From positions 2,728,001 to 2,792,000 of the forward strand of contig NC_087246.1 in the NCBI RefSeq assembly GCF_037042905.1: a DNA stretch of 64,000 nt, in the 5' to 3' direction. The notes beneath the pieces are model-generated. The model saw nothing but the letters and a program-made list of their open reading frames with translations, had not been told where the DNA came from and ran no database searches. A program made the translations under genes and the position numbers. The stretch comes from Lytechinus pictus (lineage: Eukaryota). Of the stretch, positions 41,701 through 51,800 are shown one piece after another (position 1 is the stretch's first letter; each line of letters opens with the position of its first letter).

Positions 41701-44700
41701 CACTAGGTTTTTTTTTTTTTATAAGAACTCTTACCTAGAAAATATGTAATCGGATAATGATGCTCTATTATTTATTTCATGCAAATTTTCATTCCTTAGG
41801 ATCTTCCATGCCTAAAACCTGTTTTGGAACTGGATTTTGCAAAAGGCAAGTTTTCATTTAGAGTAAGAAACAAGAGAAATCTGCCTGCCGAATTGTAAAT
41901 TGATTTTTCTAAGCATCTTGATTTTTGCCTATGACTATACCAATAAAATTTTAAAATATGCATTCATCGACAAAAAAGAACAAGAGCAAAAACAAGAAGA
42001 ATGAGTACAACAACCATGATGAAGAAGACGAATGAAGAAGAAGAAAGAGGAAAGAAGAATCGAACTAGAAGAACAAGAACTACTAACATGACAAAGAAGA
42101 AGAAAGAAGAAGAGGAGAAGACGAAAAAGAAGAAAAATCGGTAGAAAAGAAACAAAGCGATGAAGAAGAAGGGAATATAAAGAGAAAGAGAAGACCTAGA
42201 TAAAGATACCCAATAATAACAGGATTGAGCCTAAAATAGCTTTGAAAGTTAAGTTTACTTTAACAACCTAAACTGGACAGTTAGATGTCTAGTTCATTCA
42301 TCACCATTTCTAAAAAGAACAAATGAGTTTAAGTTCAATTTAAAAAAAGATCTTTAAAATTTTTATCTGGTGTAATCCTTCAGGTCAGACATGTTGCGGG
42401 AATCCCAATGACAGGAACATTCCATTGCTTCGAGAGGTCTTTGAACAATGTCCAGGGGTGCCAATTAATCTTGATGTCGGGACAGACAATGATGCCCTCA
42501 TTGATAAGGTTAAGAACTATAGAAACAAATTTGAAACGATTAATTGCATGAATATTCTTGATTCATCATGAATATACATTTATTATGGATTGAGGAAGGG
42601 AGGTTGGATAGGATAGATAGATAGATAGATTGATTGATTGATTGACAGATAGACTGACTGACTGATTGATTGTTAAAGTTATTGGTCAAAGGAATGGGTG
42701 ATTCATTTTCATTAATTTAATGCAGAATTTATAGTTATTTATATTCCTTTAATATATTGATATATAACAAGGAATTATTCTTTGATTGATTGGTTGAAGG
42801 AATGATCAGTTATTTAGTTGATTGATTTATTGATCAATTGACTGGTTGATTAATAACTTGGTTGAAGTTGACTCCATGCACAATATACAGCAGCTATACA
42901 TATCTTTATGGTATTGTTGCTGATGTATTTCCAAACCGAAGTCCTATTAAAATAATTCATAAATTCGGTGGACAGGCTTATATTGGGGTGAAAAGTACAG
43001 ATACCTTATATGTGAATTGCCATGTGCTCGTATAGAATAAATGACTTGCAAAAATAACATGAATCAAAACATATCTCTTTTACAGGCTCATTATCAAAAA
43101 AACGTTTGTAAAGGAATGTATATTTTTATTGATAAATGTGTCTCATCATTTGCAGGTGATCAAAATGGTGATTGAATTCAAGAGAGAGGACATCACTATA
43201 CTTGGCAACACCAATGAAAACATGACGCGAAAGCTTCATGCAAAGGTAAATTACTATAGTTTTACAAAGTATCACATCACATTAAAATATAACATTGCAC
43301 TTGTTAGTTGTAACATTTATGGTAGTGTGACCTTAATTCGCGCGTACCCTAATTTTGCGCACGGGCGAAAACCTCAATATCTAATTAATATCTTGAAAAA
43401 CTGATATCACCAACAGAAAGAGCGACTTAAAATTACCCAGTATAGTAATTTTCTTGAAGGTAAGGTCTCTCTATTAATGAAAATATTGGCAAAACATCGG
43501 CAAATTTTGTTACCTTTTGCGTCCGCTCCGAGAAAATCCGACCTTCTCGACAAGTGTCAAGAGTTCGCCAATTTGCAAGCGGAATTCTCCAAATAAGTAA
43601 GTAAAATGTGATACCAACCGAATTTATGGCATTTTAACTTCCATTTGATACAATTATGTTATCTATGTCTGCTTGATTTCTTTTCTAAAGCCTTGCAAAA
43701 CGATCGTGCGCAAATTAAGGTCACACTTTTTTATGACACTTTTTCAGCCGAGCGCGCACTAGTCGATCGCCGTGGAATTTTGAGATCGCGATACCAGCGA
43801 AACCCTTGACCTACTTTATAATTCTGTCAAGCGAATTTGACTTTAGGATCTTGCCTTCCGTTTGGTATTCATGATTTTGATAAATTTTGTGTAAGCTGTG
43901 AGAAATTTTTGATTGAAAATCAACTTCACGATTATTTTTTAAACGTTCGGAAATTATGGTCACCCCATCATATGTATATTTATTTTAATTACAATATGAT
44001 TTTTTTTTCAAATAAATAAACTTTAACTTCAACATCATGATCAAGCTACCTGGGTTGAATGCAGCACGATGAATTCCTACCCCAAGGTTTATTATAGAGC
44101 AACGAAGTGGTCTTCAACATTTCTTCAAAATATGCTCCACAGTATTCTTGTCTACACTTGGCACTATAGGCTATACAATATTCAATTCCACAATTTCAAT
44201 TGCTAGCACCAAATTCACCAAAAACACAAAGTGCATTTTCAAATACAGTCACTCTCTGCTTTGACTGACAATCAGATAAAATAATGTCATTGATTCAGAA
44301 TTATTATTCATTTTGTTACAGGCTCCTGAACTACTATTATTCTTCAGTGAGCAAAGTTTCTATCGTCTGCTGAAAGTTTTCTACCTTGGCCTTATCCCGT
44401 TTGTTAGTTTCAAGGAGAGTTTCTTAGAGATACCACTTGGATCGGTTCTAAAAGATGCGTAAGTAATCTGATGTTTTCTTTCATTTCCTGAAATTTCTTA
44501 CAGAAATACTGACGAATTATGATAATTACAATAATAATTTATGACAGTTGTGATGAATCAGAATCAAGTTTTAAGTTGATCTATCCAACATTGTAGATAT
44601 TGTGACAACATAAACGGGACGGACATTCATGGGAGACAAGAAAATATAATTCCTATAGCAACTACCAATAGAAGAGGGCTACATTCAGCACACTCAAATG

Positions 44701-46458
44701 TACAACCCCTTCACTTTGGTGGATACATTTTGTTTGAATTAGTTCAATACATTGAGAATTTTCCAGTGTAATCACTTAATGAAAGGCACTACAAACAAGG
44801 ATTGAGAACAGAGCATTTTGTAATCAATAAATGGAAACCCGCTTTTCATTTATGGTTTTAAGACCCTTGACACAATTATTTTATGTCTTGCATTATTTGA
44901 AGAGATACATTTCTAATATTGTCAGCATATCTTGCAATACTTGATACCACCGAATATGAAACCTTTTTTTAGATTTGTTTATATCCATAATGCAAGTGCC
45001 AGGTGACGAAACAGTTAAATGCGGATAATGTATACTACTACCTCAATAAACACTCCCCCCCCCCCCCCCGTCCTTGAAAATAACCCCATTGAGATTCATT
45101 GATCTACACTATTCACAAATCATGAAAAAGAGTTCACCTGCACATACGAAAAATGATTCCCCCATAAGACTTCAAAATTTTCAGTTGCTGGGGATGTGAC
45201 GGTAAATCATTCAAATCTACCATTATTATTTGGTTTGGAGGTTATTCATACTGGGATGATTATTTAAAAAGTCACTTACACAGTAAAAATGCTATTCAAA
45301 ATTTCCATAAGGCGATGTTACATATATATATGAACCTTAAACAAGTGTATGAAATATTAAACAACAAAGTTCAATTTTTAATATTTTTAATTCCCAATAA
45401 CTTAAACATGGTTGTTTAAACTGTTAAACACCTACTGTAAATTCATAAACAGCTTTGTATACAATTTTAAACAGCATTTTTATCATGTATTCCTCTATTG
45501 AGCGGGTCGTGTGGTCCAGTGGTAAGAGCATTGGACTCATAATCGCAAGGTTGTGAATTCGTATCCCAACTCTGCCATTGTCTCCACTTTGATAAAAAGG
45601 CCCGAGAGTAATATCTGTCGTCTATGAGGTCAGCCACTATGACTGATTAACCTAGACGTAAAATGTTTCCTAGGTAATTGGTTATATACCAGCTTGGCAT
45701 TTACCAGCAAAATGCTGTCCTGCCGAGTTCCTGCGGGAGTTACCATAAACAGAAACAGAAACAGAATATTCTTCATTTATACTTCATAGAAAGTACAATA
45801 CATTTAAATCCTAACATATATTTTTTTGCTTCCTGTCTGTCTTTCTGAAAAAGCGGTATGAAAAACTGGATATTTACCACCTTTCCCCGAATTTATGATG
45901 CTGTGGTTTTGAATCCTCTTTTGATCTTCCATTTACATCGTCGAGGAATAAAGGTATTATGATTAACCCTATCATTATCACAAATGATTATCATTTCTAA
46001 TCTTTGTTATCATCATCTTCATAATTATCATTATTACAATTATTATATCTATTATTATCATTATTACCAGTGTTTACCACTATTATTAATACCATTAGTA
46101 TTATTAATATTATCATTATTANNNNNNNNNNNNNNNNNNNNNNNNNNNNNNNNNNNNNNNNNNNNNNNNNNNNNNNNNNNNNNNNNNNNNNNNNNNNNNN
46201 NNNNNNNNNNNNNNNNNNNNNNNNNNNNNNNNNNNNNNNNNNNNNNNNNNNNNNACTATCATCATCATTGTGATTATAATTTTTGCAATAATGACATATT
46301 AAATGTCATTATTATTTTTTTTTACTTCCTCAAAGGTTTTCATGTGGGTGCTGAACACAGAGGAACAATGGGAACAGGGCTTTGCATACGGTGCTGATGC
46401 AGTGATCACGGACTATCCATCAAAACTAAGAGACTATACCAACAAGAAGAAGTTGTGA
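38611..46458 (+). CDS. GDPD1: Lysophospholipase D GDPD1/GDPD3-like glycerophosphodiester phosphodiesterase, 9 coding exons, 936 nt, 311 aa
   Basis: join(38611-38746,40327-40369,41186-41321,41800-41845,42384-42508,43156-43245,44322-44458,45854-45953,46336-46458); all phases consistent; N-terminal hydrophobic helix, IAHRGGAGEELENT, DMLELD, VVSHD, IPLLREVF, VFMWVLN, GADAVITDYPSKL. Confidence 0.93.
39490..39754 (-). mobile_element. Decayed tRNA-derived SINE in GDPD intron 1
   Basis: Minus strand: A box GTGGTTCAGTGG, B box GTTCGAATTCC, then core TTTGGTAAGGCGTCAATCTACA...GGTGCTAAATTGGTTACC that is also seen at about 59273-59400; 3' boundary approximate. Confidence 0.7.
40327..40369 (+). CDS. GDPD1: GDPD1-like exon 2
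   Basis: TTACAG acceptor; GAGEELENTLTAFK; donor GTAAAT, phase 2. Confidence 0.9.
41186..41321 (+). CDS. GDPD1: GDPD1-like exon 3
   Basis: AAEKDVDMLELDCYLTRDSHVVVSHDPHL...IDYK; AAG acceptor, GTACAC donor. Confidence 0.9.
41800..41845 (+). CDS. GDPD1: GDPD1-like exon 4 (GC donor)
   Basis: CCTTAG acceptor; DLPCLKPVLELDFAK; donor AG|GCAAGT gives the phase required by exon 5. Confidence 0.85.
41965..42195. repeat. (GAA)-rich low-complexity tract
   Basis: Purine-rich degenerate GAA repeats in GDPD intron 4. Confidence 0.8.
42384..42508 (+). CDS. GDPD1: GDPD1-like exon 5
   Basis: QTCCGNPNDRNIPLLREVFEQCPGVPINLDVGTDNDALIDK; CAG acceptor, GTTAAG donor. Confidence 0.9.
42541..42672 (+). repeat. Interspersed ~70-bp unit plus GATA/GATT/GACT microsatellite, copy 1
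   Basis: TAATTGCATGAATATTCTTGA(T/C)TCATCATGAATATACATTTATTATGGATTGAGG is near-identical to the sequence starting at 60568. Confidence 0.8.
43156..43245 (+). CDS. GDPD1: GDPD1-like exon 6
   Basis: VIKMVIEFKREDITILGNTNENMTRKLHAK; TGCAG acceptor, GTAAAT donor. Confidence 0.9.
43325..43726. mobile_element. MITE with inverted termini in GDPD intron 6
   Basis: GTGTGACCTTAATTCGCGC ... GCGCAAATTAAGGTCACAC. Confidence 0.6.
44322..44458 (+). CDS. GDPD1: GDPD1-like exon 7
   Basis: APELLLFFSEQSFYRLLKVFYLGLIPFVSFKESFLEIPLGSVLKD; TACAG acceptor, GTAAGT donor. Confidence 0.9.
45500..45766 (+). mobile_element. tRNA-derived SINE with (ACAGAA)n tail in GDPD intron 7
   Basis: A box TGGTCCAGTGG, loop CTCATAA, B-box-like AATTCGTATCC, unique body, tail ACAGAAACAGAAACAGAA; TATTC(C/T)TC on both flanks resembles a TSD. 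Confidence 0.8.
45854..45953 (+). CDS. GDPD1: GDPD1-like exon 8
   Basis: Polypyrimidine tract then AAG acceptor; GMKNWIFTTFPRIYDAVVLNPLLIFHLHRRGIK; GTATTA donor; acceptor position inferred from phase and an in-frame stop just upstream. Confidence 0.8.
46122..46254. other. Assembly gap (133 N) inside an ATT/ATC-rich low-complexity tract of GDPD intron 8
   Basis: Run of N. Confidence 0.99.
46336..46458 (+). CDS. GDPD1: GDPD1-like exon 9 (terminal)
   Basis: VFMWVLNTEEQWEQGFAYGADAVITDYPSKLRDYTNKKKL-stop; AATAAA at 46589. Confidence 0.9.
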   Translation, partial: VFMWVLNTEEQWEQGFAYGADAVITDYPSKLRDYTNKKKL

Positions 46459-46775
46459 AAGAATGAGAAATATTCCAATCCAAAAAAATGTATGAAGAGG
46501 CATGTTCTGGATGTTCATGGTGTTAGCCAAAGGAAGATACGATTTTCTTCCAAAGATGTCCCCGGAACTGATAAGATGGTACAATGTTAATAAAGTTAAC
46601 ATTCATGAGGAATAACGATGAAAGTGCAAGCACTGAAAGAAATTACTAAATATTAATACTTTATTCTCCTTGAAAGAAAACTTTTTAATTGCCTGAAGAT
46701 TAAAATGAGGGAAATACTCATAATTGTATAATTCCATTTACCATAAATTTTCATTTGCAAACTACAAACTATTAT

Positions 46776-47271
46776 AGGGGAAGTTCACCTGACAAAAGGT
46801 TTATTTTAAAAAAAATAGCAGAAAAATTAGTAAAATATATTGGCAAAGGTGTGAGGAAATTCCATCAGACTTAAAAAATTACTAGAATTGTAAAGATTTG
46901 ATTTGTGACGTCATATGCGAGCAGCTTTCCTATATACTGTTTAGTAAACAATCAATGGAATGTAATTTTCTGAGAAAATTGAAAATGTTTTTTATTGTAC
47001 CTTCAGTATATAAATACACGTATTATTTCATACCCGCTCCTAAAAAGAAAATTAAAAAATAAGTCATCACGAACCAGTAAAAAATGAAATTTATGCATTT
47101 TATATTACATAACATATGGGGCAGCTGCTCGTTTATGACGTCACAAATCAAAAAATTGAAATTCTAATAACTTTGTAATCTTTAATGGATTTTCCTCAAA
47201 CCTTCACCAATATTTTTATTACTTTTTCAGCTTTTTTTACAACAAAGTTTTTGGCAGGGTGAACTTCCCCT
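46776..47271. mobile_element. Kolobok/T2-type MITE, second family, between the two gene 3' ends
   Basis: TTAT|AGGGGAAGTTCACC ... GGGTGAACTTCCCCT|TTAA; long imperfect TIRs, each containing TGACGTCA (46906 and 47136). Confidence 0.8.
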
Positions 47272-48555
47272 TTAATAAACTTGTAAAAGAGGTTTTTTTT
47301 TTTTTATCAGGCAATTGCTTTAAAAATACAAAATGACCTAAAAATATGGGTTGAACCAGCAGCTGCATTAAGCTAAAAGGAATGTAGCCCCCATAAAATA
47401 TTCATTTTTTTTTTTGAAGGATGTTGTGGAAAAATACACATTTCAAAATGCTGTAACTTGATAAGTTTAATCTGATTTTGATGAAATTTTGTTATGTTGT
47501 TTGTTTCACTTCAATATTTATATTCATATCTACTGGACTGGGGAGTGAGGTGTACCTTGTTTTAAACCAGTAACTAATAAATACTTTGTCAAAGATGATG
47601 GGTTGACACATGATTTTATCTTCTTTGTTTAATGAGTCACTTTCGAAATACATTTATCTTGGAGATACAGGTTCAACATTTTTATTATTCACATTAAAAA
47701 TGAATTTGTAAAACAAATGGTTACATTACAAAATAAAAAAATTAAATACATTAAATACATGATTTCTAAAGATATCTATACAACCATTAAAATACAAATG
47801 AATGACTCATTCAAATAAAAACAAAAAATAAATCTGTAGAAAATATTCAGGAATACATCAATGGAATGACAATTTTTTTTGATGACACTAAAGAAATGTC
47901 ATCTTGATGATCTTAATGTTATTAACATTAGTTAATAGATTTTAAGGCAATGTCACACATCAGTTAATACCTAGGTCACATGACATACAAGAACATGGGA
48001 GTGCTATGTTTTTACAGATATTAACTAGTCAGATTTTTTTTTAATCTGGGTCAATCTTAATCTTCATAAAAAAATCAAACCTCAGACATTACTCACCCAC
48101 TCAGTCACCCACACACCCACCCACTCACTCACTCACTTACTTGAGTTTACTTGGTCGTTGAGACTAAGGTCCATTTGGTCTATCATGATTAGCATTGTAC
48201 AATCGTAGCAAGAATACTGTATGAATGGTGCAGAAATGAATTGTGTAGTGATCATATGATCTTGGGTTGACATACAGGCCCCAAACATGGAAATAGTACA
48301 TCTCTGTACAAATTATGTGGTCTGTTGAGTAAAAAATGATCTAAATCTTGAGAGATCAGGTTTGATGAGAGGTTAATAAAAACTAGATTGAACCCAGTAG
48401 GAATTCCCAAAATCGATGAAATGCTCAAACATTTTAAATGGTATATTAAAAAATAGCAAATCATGGTGAACAGAGGACGACGAAAACTGCCATTTCATTC
48501 AGTTTCGGTCGGTTTTTTTGTTGTTGATGTTTTTGCTTTCAAGGTTTTATATATC

Positions 48556-48599
<44 letters not shown>

Positions 48600-48648
48600 T
48601 CTCTTGCTGAATTGGGTATATCAATTTGACCTAGTATTTTGTATGTGT

Positions 48649-48822
48649 TTAGGTTACCCAGACATCTTTTTGATACCTATGATTCTCTTCCATGGTTCTA
48701 AGATATTTTAATGCATCATCTTCTGACATGGATCCTTTGTCCTTGATGATTGTTAGCAAGGCCTCATGAACATCCGAAGCCATATGCGTGGCGTCACCAC
48801 AAACGTACATATGTGCTCCTCC
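48649..48822 (-). CDS. Diflavin reductase terminal exon
   Basis: GGAHMYVCGDATHMASDVHEALLTII...RYQKDVWVT-stop. Confidence 0.92.
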   Translation of the reverse strand, partial: GGAHMYVCGDATHMASDVHEALLTIIKDKGSMSEDDALKYLRTMEENHRYQKDVWVT

Positions 48823-51800
48823 CTTGAATAAAATATACAAATAATGAACTAGGTAAGTAATGATATAATAGACATTCATACATTTCATCTAGATGTATCA
48901 ACCTTAATAAGTTGATCAATGCCCTCCAATATCCATCTGGCTTATCTATGTGACCTATTTTAATAATTGATAATCATCCCTTCTTATGAAATTGAGATAA
49001 GATTTTTGTTTAAAACCAATTTACGCTCAGATATATAGGTCTATCAATACTTGCTTCATTGTAGATTTTATTTCAATTAGAAATAGAGTAACACAGCATG
49101 TGTAATAATTTGTACCTCTGTTTTACAGGAGAAAGACTTTTTAAGCAAATTTACTTTCAGATGATCTTATAAGTATATGCAGTAGGATACTGATTTCACA
49201 TTCCTCAGAAGGGATTTAAGGTCATTGGTCTTCTGACTGCTTATTTTCAAGCATTCAAGCTTTCTTCTTCTTCCTGTTACTGCAGGCAAACTCCTCAATT
49301 GGGATATAATTGCTGCAGGCGTGTGTGGCTAGTGATGAATTTGAATTAATGGTGTGCCCCCCGGATGAAAGTAGACATTTGAATTTTGTTTAGCCTTGTC
49401 TTAAAACCATCGACCGATTTAGCTTCACGTATGTCTACTGGTAGCAGATTCCATTCTGCCATAGTCCTCAGAAGGAAGGAGTACTTGAAGCAATCTTTTT
49501 TTGTTGTTGGTCGGGAGAAAGAGATTGACGATGATTTCCGTGTCCTGACAGAATTTTGAGAGGGAGTTGTTAAGTATCGACCTACGTTGATTGAAGCACT
49601 GTGATTTACAGATTTATATAAAAGTGTAAGTCTTGAGATGGCTCTTCTATCTTCGAGAGATTTCCATTCAAGTGACTTCAGCATCTGGGAAACACTACTG
49701 GTTCTCCTGTGATCTTTACAGACGAATCTAGCTGCTCTTCGTTGAACTGCTTCTAGTCTACTGATCTGGTCTTTCGTGTATGGGTCCCACACAGAAGCAC
49801 AGTACTCCAACTTTGGACGTACTAACACTTTATAGGCTGTTTCTTTTACATTACGGGGGCAACTATACAAGTTTCTTCGAAGGAGGCCTAAAACCCTATT
49901 CGCTTTGAATATGGTAGTATTAACATGATCCGACCAGGTTAATTTGCTATTTATCTCGACACCTAAGTAATTGTGACTTGTGACAACGTTTAGTCGTTTC
50001 CCATTCATATCATAGGTGGTTAGAAGGGGTTTCCTTTTATGAGTGACGTGCATGACATGACACTTATCGGTGTTAAATCTCATTTGCCATGTAGCTTCCC
50101 AGTTACACAGGGTATTTATGTCCTGTTGTAGAACTTTCCCATCATCCTGTGATTTTATCTCACGGTAAAGTATACAGTCATCTGCAAACAGTCGAACATG
50201 TGACTGTATATCTTTGGGAAGATCGTTGACGTACAGTAAGAATAGCAAAGGCCCTAAAACTGTACCTTGAGGGACGCCCGATCTTACAGGAACAGAGGCT
50301 GATGCTTCGCCTTCTAGTACTACCCTCTGAGACCGTTTAGTAAGGAAGTTTCTTATCCATATTTGGAGGGGTCCTGTGATGCCTGATTGGTTCAGCTTTA
50401 GAAGAAGTCTCTGGTGAGGGACGGTGTCAAAGGCCTTGCTGAAGTCAGTTATGATAACATCTACTTGGCCCTGGTGATTCAAAGTCTCGGCCAGGTCGTT
50501 GACAGTTTCAGCAAGTTGGGTTTCACAGGAGTGACCTTTCCGGAAGCCATGTTGTTCTTTATTTAATATCCCATGTTTCTCGAGGTGATTCATAATGTTT
50601 GAGTGGATGATATGTTCTAACAATTTACATGGAATAGACGTCAACGAAACAGGTCTATAGTTGCTAGCTTCGGAGCGATCCCTCTTTTTGAATATGGGAG
50701 AGATATTTGCCCTTAACCAGTCCTCAGGAAGTTCTCCAGTATCTATTGACTTTTGGTAGATCTGTTGTAAAATTGGAGCAATGCTGTCTGCACATTCCTT
50801 TAGAACTGATGGTAGGATTCCATCTGGGCCTGGTGCCTTTTGTGGTTTAAGTTCTTTCAAGAGTTTTACAATTCCCTGGCTTGTTATCACAATTTGACTG
50901 ATACATGTAGATGGACAAGAAGAAGTTATATGTGTAGGTAGGTTGTGACAGTCCTCTTGAGTGAACACAGACTCGAACTGGCAGTTGAGGACATTTGCCC
51001 TGTCCTGCGGAGTTACGGCAATACTTCTTGAAGTGTTCAGAGAGGCTACTCCAGTAGAACACTGTCTTAAGCTCTTTATGAATTTCCAGAAGGACTTCTT
51101 GTTTTCTGTAGTTAAATTTTTCCCCATATCATGTAGATACACACTGCGTGCTTTCACATTCCTCAGAAGGGATTTAAGGTCATTGGTCTTCTGACTGCTT
51201 ATTTTCAAGCATTCAAGCTTTCCTTCTTATAAGGTAATATTGAGTTGCAAGATGATGTATTGTTCCAGTGAAATAAGATAAGAGCTTTGCAAGAATACAT
51301 GTTATATTTCATGAAAGTTGATATATAACCCCTATTCCTTTATGAGATGAAAACTATAAACAGCACCTACTGCAGAGCAACCTGGAGATTAGATCTGAAT
51401 GCACGAAAAATATAAACACATGATTGCACTTGCACGATTGCTCTCAAACTACAATTTGACTTAAAAACAGAACTTTAATTATTTACAGTATAATTCAATA
51501 AAAATACAATACCTAGGTGGTAATTTCATATTTTTTGTACAAGCTTAGAGGGAAAAGTGGGGCCCTCACCAGCCAAACCCACCGCCCCCCCCCCCCCAGC
51601 TCTGTGGCTCATGCAAAGGGCAAAATAGAAGACCAGAGACACACACACACATATAAAGTAAAAGATATTCCAAATGGAGAGAAGAGGAGATATATCTGAT
51701 GTATCAGTACCTGTATCATATTCCAAATCATCAGGGTATCTTGTTGAATGAGATGCTGAACATAAACCTTTTTCTCTTGATCCCGGGAGAAAGCAGTACG

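Noticed and set aside
45500-45578. Functional tRNA-Met gene (CAT loop)
   Set aside because: Acceptor and T stems pair poorly, the B box is degenerate, and it continues into a body with an (ACAGAA)n tail, so it is a SINE head.
45790-45853. Longer GDPD exon 8 starting at the TAG near 45789
   Set aside because: An in-frame TGA at 45846-48 precedes the homologous sequence; only the AAG acceptor at 45853 keeps the frame.
49346-51208. 620-aa ORF as a host gene
   Set aside because: It is LINE reverse transcriptase; the apparent start lies in the duplicated target sequence and there is no endonuclease domain (5'-truncated copy).
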